A stretch of DNA of 64,000 nt from SAR116 cluster bacterium (lineage in GTDB: Bacteria; Pseudomonadota; Alphaproteobacteria; Puniceispirillales; Puniceispirillaceae). The notes beneath the pieces were generated by a model that was given only the letters and a program-made list of their open reading frames with translations, made no database searches and had not been told where the DNA came from. The stretch lies in contig SHBD01000002.1 in NCBI GenBank assembly GCA_004212735.1, positions 156,323-220,322 of the forward strand. The letters are read 5' to 3'. The position numbers and the translations under genes are program-made. This document shows, piece after piece, positions 46,638-55,332 of this stretch (within the stretch, counting starts at the first letter, position 1; each line of letters opens with the position of its first letter).

Positions 46638-47269
46638 CTTTCGAGACGATCAGCAACATTGGGCAGATTATCTTCGCCGACATCATTCTGTCAGGCGACA
46701 ATGCGCTGGTTATCGGCATGGCCGCAGCTGGTCTAGCGCCTGAGCTGCGCAAACGCGCGATCATGCTTGGTATGGCACTGGCGGCCGGTTTGCGGATCTT
46801 TTTTGCGGTCATTGCCACATACCTGCTTGCAATCAAGGGTGTTCTGCTAATTGGTGGCTTGCTGCTGGGCTGGGTCTGCTGGCGTTTTTATAAAGATCTG
46901 CGAGAATTCAACAGCGTCGAGGATCTTGAGCGCGCCGGAGCAGATGAGGCAGGCGAAGGCGGTGAAAACAAGCTATTTGGCCGTGCCTTATTCACCATTT
47001 TGCTTGCCGACGTGTCGATGTCGATTGACAACATCGTGGCCGTTGCCGCGATAGCGCGGGACGATACACAGCTACTGATCTTTGGCCTCGCATTGGCGAT
47101 TGCAATGATGGCGCTGTTCGCATCGGTCATCATGAAAATCATGCTGCGCTATCGCTGGCTTTCCTATGGCGGGCTGGCATTTCTTGTCTATTTGGCAGTG
47201 GTCATGACCTATGACGGCGCTGTCGAACTTGAGCTTATCAGCGGCTTTGGCGCGGGAGGAGAGGTATGA
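46634..47269 (+). CDS. TerC/YjbE-family integral membrane protein
   Basis: Duplicated SGDNALVIG and SIDNIVAVA motifs. The GTG start overlaps the GMC gene stop (GTGA). Confidence 0.8.
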   Translation: MTFETISNIGQIIFADIILSGDNALVIGMAAAGLAPELRKRAIMLGMALAAGLRIFFAVIATYLLAIKGVLLIGGLLLGWVCWRFYKDLREFNSVEDLERAGADEAGEGGENKLFGRALFTILLADVSMSIDNIVAVAAIARDDTQLLIFGLALAIAMMALFASVIMKIMLRYRWLSYGGLAFLVYLAVVMTYDGAVELELISGFGAGGEV

Positions 47270-47431
47270 GCCACCCATCTCCCATCATAGTTTTGGTTCC
47301 CCTGTGCCCATTTCATGGGCTGCAAGGAGGACTGAAAAGACGTTCCTCTTCCGAATTTGGCTGGTGTGATGCCTTCACCACTGGCCGCTGGGAACTGACT
47401 TTGAAGGCAACAGAAGACTAGGGAGGATATA

Positions 47432-48547
47432 ATGTCCACATTTAACAAACTGAGAATGGGTGTTGCTGCAGCAGGCTTTGGTGCCGCAATGCTGCTTGCG
47501 CCAGTTGTTGCGCAAGCGAAAGAAGTGAATATTCGCGTGCAGGCGGTTCTGGGCATGCAGACTACAGAAGTAAAAATGCTAAAAGATTTCATGGCTGATG
47601 TTACTGCACTAACAGGTGGTGATGTTACCTTTGAGGTTTTGCCAGCAGGCGCGGTTGTAGGAGTTAAAGAGACGCTTGACGCTGTTGATGCAGGTCTTGT
47701 CGATGGTGGTTTTGCCTGGACACATTATTGGTCAGGAAAGCACCCAGCAGCGATGTTGTTTGGCTCGCCAGTTGCGGGCGCCGGTGTCGGCATTGACAAC
47801 ATAGCATTTGTGTCTTGGTTCCAGAATGCAGGCGGTAAAGAATTGTATGACCGTCTTTGGGACGAAATGGGCATGAACGTTAAGGGCTTCATGCTGCAGC
47901 CAGTTGGACCAGAAGCACTTGGTTGGTTCAAAGAGCCAATCAACTCAATGGATGACTTCCGTAAATATCGTTTCCGTACCCCTCCAGGTCTTCCCGGTCA
48001 GACTTACAAAGACATCGGTGTAGCCTCTGTTGCTATGGGTGGTGGCGACATCCTGCCAGCCCTCGAAAAAGGTACAATTGACGCGGCTGAGTGGTGTTGT
48101 CCCAAGCCAGACATGGATTTCGGATTTCACAAGGTGCTGAAACATTACTATCTACAAGGCCTGCACCAAGTTGTCGTAAATGCTGACATGTATCTGAATA
48201 AGGATGTCTATAATTCTTTGACAGACCATCAGAAGATTGCTTTCGAGGTTGCCGCCAACGCAGCTCTGATGAAGGGCATGTCTGCACGGATTTATGACAA
48301 CGGTCAGGCACTTCATGAGCTGACAACAAAGCACGGTGTTATCTTGCATGATACCCCAGCTGATTACTTCCCAGCTTACATGAATGCAGCAAATGCTCTG
48401 TTGGAGAAGAACTCAGCAGAAAATGCTTTTTTTGCTGAGGTCTGGCAGTCACAAAAAGACTTTGCTCTCATTGCGGTCCCTTTCTGGTCGGGTGCGCAAA
48501 GTTCCAATGCCCAGCTTGGCATGGCTTATGCCAACACCCTGAAGTAA
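47432..48547 (+). CDS. TRAP transporter periplasmic solute-binding protein
   Basis: GGGAGG ribosome-binding site. Signal peptide ...APVVAQA. Length and conserved segments (FRTPPG, GTIDAAEW) fit the DctP-related class that I recall as COG4663. Confidence 0.85.
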   Translation: MSTFNKLRMGVAAAGFGAAMLLAPVVAQAKEVNIRVQAVLGMQTTEVKMLKDFMADVTALTGGDVTFEVLPAGAVVGVKETLDAVDAGLVDGGFAWTHYWSGKHPAAMLFGSPVAGAGVGIDNIAFVSWFQNAGGKELYDRLWDEMGMNVKGFMLQPVGPEALGWFKEPINSMDDFRKYRFRTPPGLPGQTYKDIGVASVAMGGGDILPALEKGTIDAAEWCCPKPDMDFGFHKVLKHYYLQGLHQVVVNADMYLNKDVYNSLTDHQKIAFEVAANAALMKGMSARIYDNGQALHELTTKHGVILHDTPADYFPAYMNAANALLEKNSAENAFFAEVWQSQKDFALIAVPFWSGAQSSNAQLGMAYANTLK

Positions 48548-48660
48548 AACACATCATGTCCTCCATCCCCTGCGGGATGGAGGATTATCTTTTTTCAATT
48601 TCTTTTGCGTCCCGCATTGCGGACAAGACCCATTTACCCAACAGCAGAGGCAAAATTGCC

Positions 48661-50910
48661 ATGGCACAGGAACCCAACACCGACGATCTCGACATCACTG
48701 ATGAATTGATTGCGGAACGACGCTCAGGCGCCCCGGGAGAGACACCTGAAGATATGCATCCATTGGCTCGGAAAATCGTTGGCAACATCGATATTCTCAG
48801 CCATTGGATAGGCAAGATCACTTGTCTGCTGCTACTACCTGTCATTATTGCAATGGTCTATGAGGTGGTAGCGCGCAAGCTGTTTGTGGCGCCAACTGAC
48901 TGGGCATACGACACGAGCCGCATGATTTCTGGAGCCATGTTTATGCTTGGTGCAGGTTATGCGCTGATGCGTGGTGTTCATATCCGGGCAGACTTCCTGT
49001 TTCGCAACTGGAAACCCACAACCCAGGCACGTGTCGACACTGTTTTATATTTGCTTTTCTATTTTCCAGCCCTGCTGTTCTTTTTCTGGGTGTCTGCAGA
49101 ATACACGCTAAAAAGCTGGATATCATGGGAACGTACGATGGACACGGCACTGATGGCGCCGCTTGCACCTGCCCGTACAGCCATGCCCCTTGGTGCGCTT
49201 TTCCTGTTATTGCAAGGCATCGCTGAATTGTTGCGCTGCCGCTATGACCTCGATGCTACGGCGCGCAAACTGCTGGACAGATTTCTGCCCATCTATGTTG
49301 TCGTGCTGGCAGCGATTTTCCTTGAGACATTCTTTCCCCAGCTTTTGCCGCTTGGTGATTTGATTGAGGGTGGAATGAAAGGTGCGTTCGGTCTGTCACC
49401 GACAACGATTGGCGTTGTGATGATTGCCGTAATGCTGCTGGCTATTTTTGTCGGATTTCCAATCTCCTTCACGTTGATTTTCCTTGCCTTCAGCTTTGGT
49501 GCTTGGGGTTTTGGTGGAAAGTTGGTGTTTTATCTGCAAACCCTGCAATTCAACTCAGTGATGCTTGAGCAGACACTGGCTGCAGTGCCGCTGTTTGTCT
49601 TTATGGGCATTTTGATGGAGCAAGCCGGCCTGATGGAGCGGCTGTTTACCTCGGTGCAGTTGATGCTCTCTCGGACGCGGGGTGCGTTATATCTCGCGGT
49701 CTTGTTTGTTTCGACCATCTTTGCCGCGGCGACAGGTATCGTTGGCGCATCGGTGACCATCCTCGGGATCATGGCTGCCAAGACCATGAATCGATCAGGT
49801 TACGATGTTAGGCTTGCGGCTGGCACCATTACCGCCGGTGGCACATTGGGCATTCTGATTCCACCCTCAATTATGCTGGTTGTCATGGGACCGGTTTTGG
49901 AGGTGCCGGTCACCGACTTGTTTGCAGCGGCGATTATCCCTGGCATCATGCTGGCCGCAATGTACGCTGCCTATGCACTGTTCCGCTGCTGGATGAATCC
50001 CGCTCTCGGCCCCATCCTGACCCCTGAGGATCAACCGGTCACATCGTCTTTTTACTGGCTTGAGGCAGTTCTTGTCATCGGTTCAATCTTGACCTTTTTC
50101 ACGCTTATTGTGATGGGCTTTTCGGGGTCACTTCAGGGCATCTTCCCCTTCTCATCACTGCTGCTGCCTCTATGCTGGATGGGCGTCATGTACGCTGCTG
50201 CCGTTCTTGTGAAAAAGCACAACCCCGCTGGGTTCTTTTTCTCAGATCTTTGGTATGAATTTTTTATGGGATTGGTGCCACCGTCAGCCCTCGTTGCCTT
50301 TGCACTTGGCTCAATCCTTTTTGGCTGGGCCACGCCAACTGAAGGTGCGGCCTGTGGTGCCTTTGGCGCATTGGTGCTGTCGCTCGCCTATCGCAAGCTA
50401 ACGACCCAAAGGCTGTTTGACGCGCTGCTAAAAACATTGGAAATCTCAGTTCTGATTTTATTCCTTGTTGCTGCATCAAATTTTTTCGGCGCCGTGTTTT
50501 CAAGGCTTGGCACACCGACGATGATCACCGAGTTCCTGTTGGCATGGGATCTGTCACCAATGATGGTCCTGATCATTATCCTTGCATTTATTTTCCTGCT
50601 AGGCTGGCCTCTTGAATGGGTGCCTATCGTGCTGATCATTCTCCCCATTCTAATACCTGTGCTTGTAAAGCTTGACGTCAACCTGACCTGGTTCGGCATC
50701 CTCGTTGCGGTTAATCTACAAACAGCGTGGCTCAGTCCACCCGTGGCCCTGTCGGCCTATTTCCTCAAGGGTGTCGTGCCTGAATGGGATTTGAAAGACA
50801 TTTATCTTGGCATGATGCAGTTCATGGTGATTCAGCTCATTGGCTTGGCGCTGATCTTCATGTTCCCACAGATTGCACTTTGGCTTCCAACCTATATTTA
50901 CGGACAATAA
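48661..50910 (+). CDS. TRAP transporter fused small/large permease (DctQ-DctM fusion)
   Basis: About 750-784 aa. N-terminal 4-TM DctQ-like part, then a DctM-like 12+ TM part. The start is either 48661 (MAQEPN) or 48556. Confidence 0.85.
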   Translation: MAQEPNTDDLDITDELIAERRSGAPGETPEDMHPLARKIVGNIDILSHWIGKITCLLLLPVIIAMVYEVVARKLFVAPTDWAYDTSRMISGAMFMLGAGYALMRGVHIRADFLFRNWKPTTQARVDTVLYLLFYFPALLFFFWVSAEYTLKSWISWERTMDTALMAPLAPARTAMPLGALFLLLQGIAELLRCRYDLDATARKLLDRFLPIYVVVLAAIFLETFFPQLLPLGDLIEGGMKGAFGLSPTTIGVVMIAVMLLAIFVGFPISFTLIFLAFSFGAWGFGGKLVFYLQTLQFNSVMLEQTLAAVPLFVFMGILMEQAGLMERLFTSVQLMLSRTRGALYLAVLFVSTIFAAATGIVGASVTILGIMAAKTMNRSGYDVRLAAGTITAGGTLGILIPPSIMLVVMGPVLEVPVTDLFAAAIIPGIMLAAMYAAYALFRCWMNPALGPILTPEDQPVTSSFYWLEAVLVIGSILTFFTLIVMGFSGSLQGIFPFSSLLLPLCWMGVMYAAAVLVKKHNPAGFFFSDLWYEFFMGLVPPSALVAFALGSILFGWATPTEGAACGAFGALVLSLAYRKLTTQRLFDALLKTLEISVLILFLVAASNFFGAVFSRLGTPTMITEFLLAWDLSPMMVLIIILAFIFLLGWPLEWVPIVLIILPILIPVLVKLDVNLTWFGILVAVNLQTAWLSPPVALSAYFLKGVVPEWDLKDIYLGMMQFMVIQLIGLALIFMFPQIALWLPTYIYGQ

Positions 50911-50911
50911 A

Positions 50912-52201
50912 ATGGCGATTACCTATCTCAAGAAGGCTATAAAGACACCCCAAACCGGCACTGACGAGACGCGTAAAATCGTCTCTGACATGCTGGTGAA
51001 AATCGAGGCTGGCGGCGAGGAAGCCGCGTTGGCCTATGGACGTGATCTTGACGGTTACCATGGCGAAGCCATTGTCTCAGAAGAGACCATCGCCAACGCC
51101 GCCGATACGGTGTCCGATCAACTGAAAGACGACATCAAATTCGCCTTCGACAGGGTGACAAAATTTGCGGAAGCGCAGAAAGCTTCAATTCAGGAGTTTG
51201 AGACTGAGTTGTCACCCGGGCTATGGGCCGGACAGAAACTTATTCCCATCGAAACCGCTGGCTGTTACGTGCCTGGTGGACGTTATGCGCATGTGGCATC
51301 AGCCATTATGTCAATTGCCACTGCCAAGGTGGCTGGTGTCGAACACATTGTTGCCTGCTCAGCTCCCAATGAAAAGGGACCAAATCCAGCAATCATCTAT
51401 GCCATGAACATGTGTGGTGCAGACACCATCCTGTCGCTTGGTGGGGTTCAGGGCATTGCCGCCATGGCGTTTGGTTTATTCACCGGCAAATCTGCCCGCA
51501 TTCTGGTTGGCCCGGGCAATCGTTTTGTCGCCGAGGCAAAGCGCACATTATATGGTCGTGTCGGCATCGACATGTTCGCTGGCCCAACAGAAATTGCTAT
51601 CATCGCCGACGACACAGCGGACGCTGCTGTTGTTGCTGAGGATCTGGTTAGTCAGGCTGAACATGGAACAGATTCCCCGGCGTGGCTGTTCACCACATCG
51701 CGCCAGCTTGCAGATGAGGTCATGGCGCAAATGGACCGGCACATCAACGCGCTACCAGAAACTGCCCGCAATGCTGCGACTACGGCCTGGCAGGATTATG
51801 GCGAGGTTGTCCTTTGTGATACGCATGACGAGGTTGTGCAGGTTTCAGATGAATATGCTGCCGAGCATCTCGAAGTACATACAGGCCGGAACCAGTGGTA
51901 TTCCGACACATTGAAGAATTACGGTTCGTTGTTCGTCGGTGAAGAGACAACTGTCAGCTATGGCGACAAATGTTCAGGCACCAACCATATCCTTCCGACG
52001 AAGGGGGCTGCGCATTATACAGGCGGGCTGTCAGTCCATAAATATATGAAAATTGTCACCACACAGCGGATGACCAGAGAGGCCAATCGCGAGGTTGGGC
52101 AGGCCGCTGCCCGCATCTCCCGCCTTGAAGGCATGGAGGGGCATGCCCGTGCTGCTGATGTTCGTTTGCGCAAATATTTTCCGGGCGAGAATCTTGGCTG
52201 A
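50912..52201 (+). CDS. histidinol-dehydrogenase-family enzyme (paralogue; candidate sulfopropanediol 3-dehydrogenase HpsN-like)
   Basis: 429 aa with HisD-fold motifs (GGRYAHVASAIM, SQAEHG, GDKCSGTNHILPT). It sits inside a transporter/dehydrogenase operon, not a his operon. Confidence 0.8.
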   Translation: MAITYLKKAIKTPQTGTDETRKIVSDMLVKIEAGGEEAALAYGRDLDGYHGEAIVSEETIANAADTVSDQLKDDIKFAFDRVTKFAEAQKASIQEFETELSPGLWAGQKLIPIETAGCYVPGGRYAHVASAIMSIATAKVAGVEHIVACSAPNEKGPNPAIIYAMNMCGADTILSLGGVQGIAAMAFGLFTGKSARILVGPGNRFVAEAKRTLYGRVGIDMFAGPTEIAIIADDTADAAVVAEDLVSQAEHGTDSPAWLFTTSRQLADEVMAQMDRHINALPETARNAATTAWQDYGEVVLCDTHDEVVQVSDEYAAEHLEVHTGRNQWYSDTLKNYGSLFVGEETTVSYGDKCSGTNHILPTKGAAHYTGGLSVHKYMKIVTTQRMTREANREVGQAAARISRLEGMEGHARAADVRLRKYFPGENLG

Positions 52202-52958
52202 GCAAAGTAAAGGCAATGCCCTGTTTGACGTTGCCGACAAGACAGCATTGATCACTGGCGGCGGTAGCGGCATTGGGGCCTTTATGGCATCAGCCCTATC
52301 CGATGCCGGCGCCAAGATCTTGGTAGTTGGGCGACGGCGCGACAGGCTTGAGGCGGTGCTTGGCCAGCGGGAGGGCGGCATATTCTCTTTTGACCTTGGC
52401 CAGAATGGCGCTACCTCACGATTGGCCGAGGTGGTTGCCAATGCCGGGTTTTCGCCTGATGTCATCGTCAATGCCGCAGGCGTCAATCCGCGCCTGCATG
52501 CCGATTCTATTGATGAGGCGGGATGGCTGGAGACGGTGCATCTCAATTTGAGCGTACCGTTTCTGGTTGCCCAAGCCTTTGCGCCCCAGATGAAAAGCCG
52601 TGGGTGGGGGCGGATTATCAATATCGCCTCCTTGCAATCCTTTCGTGCCTTCGAAAATGGCATTGCCTATGGCGCGGCGAAAGGTGGAATTGTTCAATTG
52701 ACCCGTGCCATGGCTGAGGCCTGGTCAAATCATGGGATTACAGCGAATGCGATTGCACCGGGATTCTTTCCAACCGAATTGACAGCACCCGTTTTTGGCA
52801 ACCCCGAGATTGCCGAAAAGCATGCAGCACAAACAGCGATTGGACGGAATGGTGCGCTGGAGGATTTGCGCGGCCCTCTGCTGTTTCTGGCCTCCGATGC
52901 AAGTGCATATGTGACCGGCCAAACACTTGCAGTTGATGGAGGGTACACGGCAAAATGA
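52194..52958 (+). CDS. short-chain dehydrogenase/reductase (SDR)
   Basis: TGGGSGIG cofactor motif and YGAAK catalytic motif. There is no ATG after the upstream stop, so the probable start is TTG 52194, overlapping the HisD-like stop. Start uncertain. Confidence 0.8.
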   Translation: MAEQSKGNALFDVADKTALITGGGSGIGAFMASALSDAGAKILVVGRRRDRLEAVLGQREGGIFSFDLGQNGATSRLAEVVANAGFSPDVIVNAAGVNPRLHADSIDEAGWLETVHLNLSVPFLVAQAFAPQMKSRGWGRIINIASLQSFRAFENGIAYGAAKGGIVQLTRAMAEAWSNHGITANAIAPGFFPTELTAPVFGNPEIAEKHAAQTAIGRNGALEDLRGPLLFLASDASAYVTGQTLAVDGGYTAK

Positions 52959-53941
52959 AAGCACTTGTCTATACCGACACTCAGAAATCAGAGATTCGTG
53001 ATGTCGACCTGCCTGTCGCAGATGATGGTCAAAGCATCATTGAGCTGGAATTTTGTGGCATATGTGGGTCAGACATGCATGCTTGGCATGGGCATGACGA
53101 GAGACGCATTCCGCCGCTGGTGCTGGGGCATGAAGCAGTTGGCCGCGCAGCCTCCGGTCTACTCGCGGGAAAACGTGTGGCCATCAACCCACTTATGACA
53201 TGTGGCAACTGTGCCGTCTGCGCTTCGGGCAATGAACATTTGTGCGCCACACGGGAGTTGATCGGCATGCGTGTTCCTGGTGGCTTTGCTGAGCAGGTCG
53301 CGATCAACAACAAGAACCTTACCGAGATTTCTGACAATTTGCCATCGGCCGATGCCGCGCTGGCAGAGCCACTTGCCTGCGCGGTCAATGCGGTCAATCA
53401 GGCAACGCACCATACCAGCGAAAAGGATGCCAGCATTGTTGTTCTGGGTGGCGGTGCCATTGGCCTGCTGGCCGCACTGGTGTTCAGCACCTATGGTTAT
53501 CGCAATATCCAAATCGCCGAGACAAACCCGGTGCGCCGAAAGCTGCTCGGGGGGCTGGGAGATTTCAGCCCCTACGATCCGCTGACAATCGGGCCAGCGG
53601 ATGCCTCCGTTGATGTTGTTCTCGATGCTGTCGGCTCCGGCATTACCCGCAAAGCAAGCTCGGCTATGGTTCGCCCAGGAGGCGTGATTGTCCATATTGG
53701 TCTTCAGGATTCAAAGCCCGGACTTGATACGCGGCGGATCACATTGCAAGAAATCAGCTTTTTCGGTGTCTATTGCTATCGTGAGAGCGAATTTGCCAAG
53801 GCCATCTCACTGTTGGAAAGCGGTGCTATAAACGGCAAAGGCTGGACCGACATTCGCCCCCTCAATGAAGGTGCAAGGGCTTTTGAGGATATTCACAATG
53901 GCGCAGCACCCCCAAAGATCATCCTGCAAACAAACAGCTAG
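52955..53941 (+). CDS. zinc-dependent medium-chain alcohol dehydrogenase
   Basis: GICGSDMH, GHEAVG and the structural-zinc cluster CGNCAVCASGNEHLC. The ATGA overlaps the SDR stop. Confidence 0.85.
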   Translation: MKALVYTDTQKSEIRDVDLPVADDGQSIIELEFCGICGSDMHAWHGHDERRIPPLVLGHEAVGRAASGLLAGKRVAINPLMTCGNCAVCASGNEHLCATRELIGMRVPGGFAEQVAINNKNLTEISDNLPSADAALAEPLACAVNAVNQATHHTSEKDASIVVLGGGAIGLLAALVFSTYGYRNIQIAETNPVRRKLLGGLGDFSPYDPLTIGPADASVDVVLDAVGSGITRKASSAMVRPGGVIVHIGLQDSKPGLDTRRITLQEISFFGVYCYRESEFAKAISLLESGAINGKGWTDIRPLNEGARAFEDIHNGAAPPKIILQTNS

Positions 53942-53986
53942 TTCGGCAAAAGCACGCCATATAAATCCAATCGAGGAGACAGTAAA

Positions 53987-54370
53987 ATGACAGCATTCCC
54001 AAATTTTTTCCGGCGTGTGTTCTCTGGCGTATTCCTGTTCGGCTGCATGGTGACTGCTGTTGCGTCATCTGAGACGAATGCAGATTTTCTGAATGGCGAA
54101 GAACTGAAGCTCTATTGTGTTTCGCAAAACCCTTCGGACGATGCCATATGTGTCGTCTATATCACAGGCGCTGTCGATGCCTTCACCACAGTCGACCTAT
54201 TCTCAGAAAAATCGAAGGGGACGGACCGGATGTTCTGCCTCGGCGATGAAACGGGCCCAGACCAGCTGCGAGACGTTACAATGAGATGGATGGACCGCCC
54301 TGAAACAGATTTGAGCTTTGCCGCAACACTGATTATCTGGGGTGCAATCAAAAACGCATATAGCTGCTAG
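53987..54370 (+). CDS. small periplasmic protein resembling Rap1a/Tai4-type immunity proteins
   Basis: GAGGAG ribosome-binding site and a signal peptide. Pattern LxxxC-x(n)-C..YI.G..D-x(n)-C....T..QL.DV...W....PE...........A....Y.C with four Cys, as I recall for Rap1a-like domains. Confidence 0.5.
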   Translation: MTAFPNFFRRVFSGVFLFGCMVTAVASSETNADFLNGEELKLYCVSQNPSDDAICVVYITGAVDAFTTVDLFSEKSKGTDRMFCLGDETGPDQLRDVTMRWMDRPETDLSFAATLIIWGAIKNAYSC

Positions 54371-54378
54371 TCGTCCCC

Positions 54379-55302
54379 TCAGGACATTCCTGGCAAACCA
54401 GACTCGGCCACCCGCCTGCTAACATGCTCAGCGAAAGCGGCCACAATCCGAGAACTGTAGTCACTCTTCATGCGCACAAGACCAAAAACCATTGGCCGAT
54501 GCTCACCAACCAGCTGGCGAAACACCAGCTTTTGCCCATCAGGCGCAAGGTTCGTCTTGGTGCTGATGTTCAGCAGGCCATAACCAAAGCCATTTGCAAC
54601 AAGACTGCGCAGGCTGGACAAGTTTGAAACACGCTCGGCAATATACGGGCGCAGCCCGCGGTCGTGAAACAATGACAGGAAATAGGTACTGCTAAGCGGC
54701 AGATCAAGCAGAACCATCGGCTCGTCAACGAGATCCTCAATTGCGATATCGCCCTTATCGGCAAGTGGATCATCCGCCGCCAGGATCAATTGCGGCGGCA
54801 GGTCAATCAATCCCTTGAAATCATAGCTTGCTGGAATATCCAAATCATAGGCAATGGCGATATCAATTTCGGCACGCGCCAACATTGTCAGCAGTTCTGC
54901 CTGATTACCCTCTCGCATGCTCACTTCGACATTTGGATATTCTTCTTTAAAACTGCGCCTGAAGGCAGCACCGACAAGTGGCGCAAGCGTTACAAGACAA
55001 CCAACGGAAATCGGCCCTCGAACCATGTCAACGATATCATTAGCAAGATCACCAAGTAGTGCCACGCTATGCAGTATTCGCTTGGCCTCATTGAAAAAGC
55101 GCTGCCCACCTGATGTCAACGACAGCCCCTGCGCATGCTGCCGGACAAATAGCTGCACGCCGAGCTCCGCCTCAAGTTGGGAAATCGCCGCCGAGATTGA
55201 TGAAGATGAAACATTCACTTTTTCCGATGCGGCCAGCACGCTACCCGCCTCGCCAACGGCAACCATATATTCAAGCTGCCTGAGTGAAAAGCGTGCCGCC
55301 AT
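54379..55302 (-). CDS. LysR-family transcriptional regulator
   Basis: N-terminal HTH FSLRQLEYMVAVGEAGSVLAASEKVNVSSSSISAAISQLE and a LysR substrate-binding domain. Confidence 0.85.
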   Translation of the reverse strand: MAARFSLRQLEYMVAVGEAGSVLAASEKVNVSSSSISAAISQLEAELGVQLFVRQHAQGLSLTSGGQRFFNEAKRILHSVALLGDLANDIVDMVRGPISVGCLVTLAPLVGAAFRRSFKEEYPNVEVSMREGNQAELLTMLARAEIDIAIAYDLDIPASYDFKGLIDLPPQLILAADDPLADKGDIAIEDLVDEPMVLLDLPLSSTYFLSLFHDRGLRPYIAERVSNLSSLRSLVANGFGYGLLNISTKTNLAPDGQKLVFRQLVGEHRPMVFGLVRMKSDYSSRIVAAFAEHVSRRVAESGLPGMS

Positions 55303-55332
55303 CTAGATTATCTCCTCACCCCTGCCTTCTCG

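Noticed and set aside
46560-46640. yybP-ykoY (Mn) riboswitch in front of the TerC-family gene
   Set aside because: The TerC-like start codon overlaps the stop of the upstream GMC gene, so there is no leader region that could hold a riboswitch.
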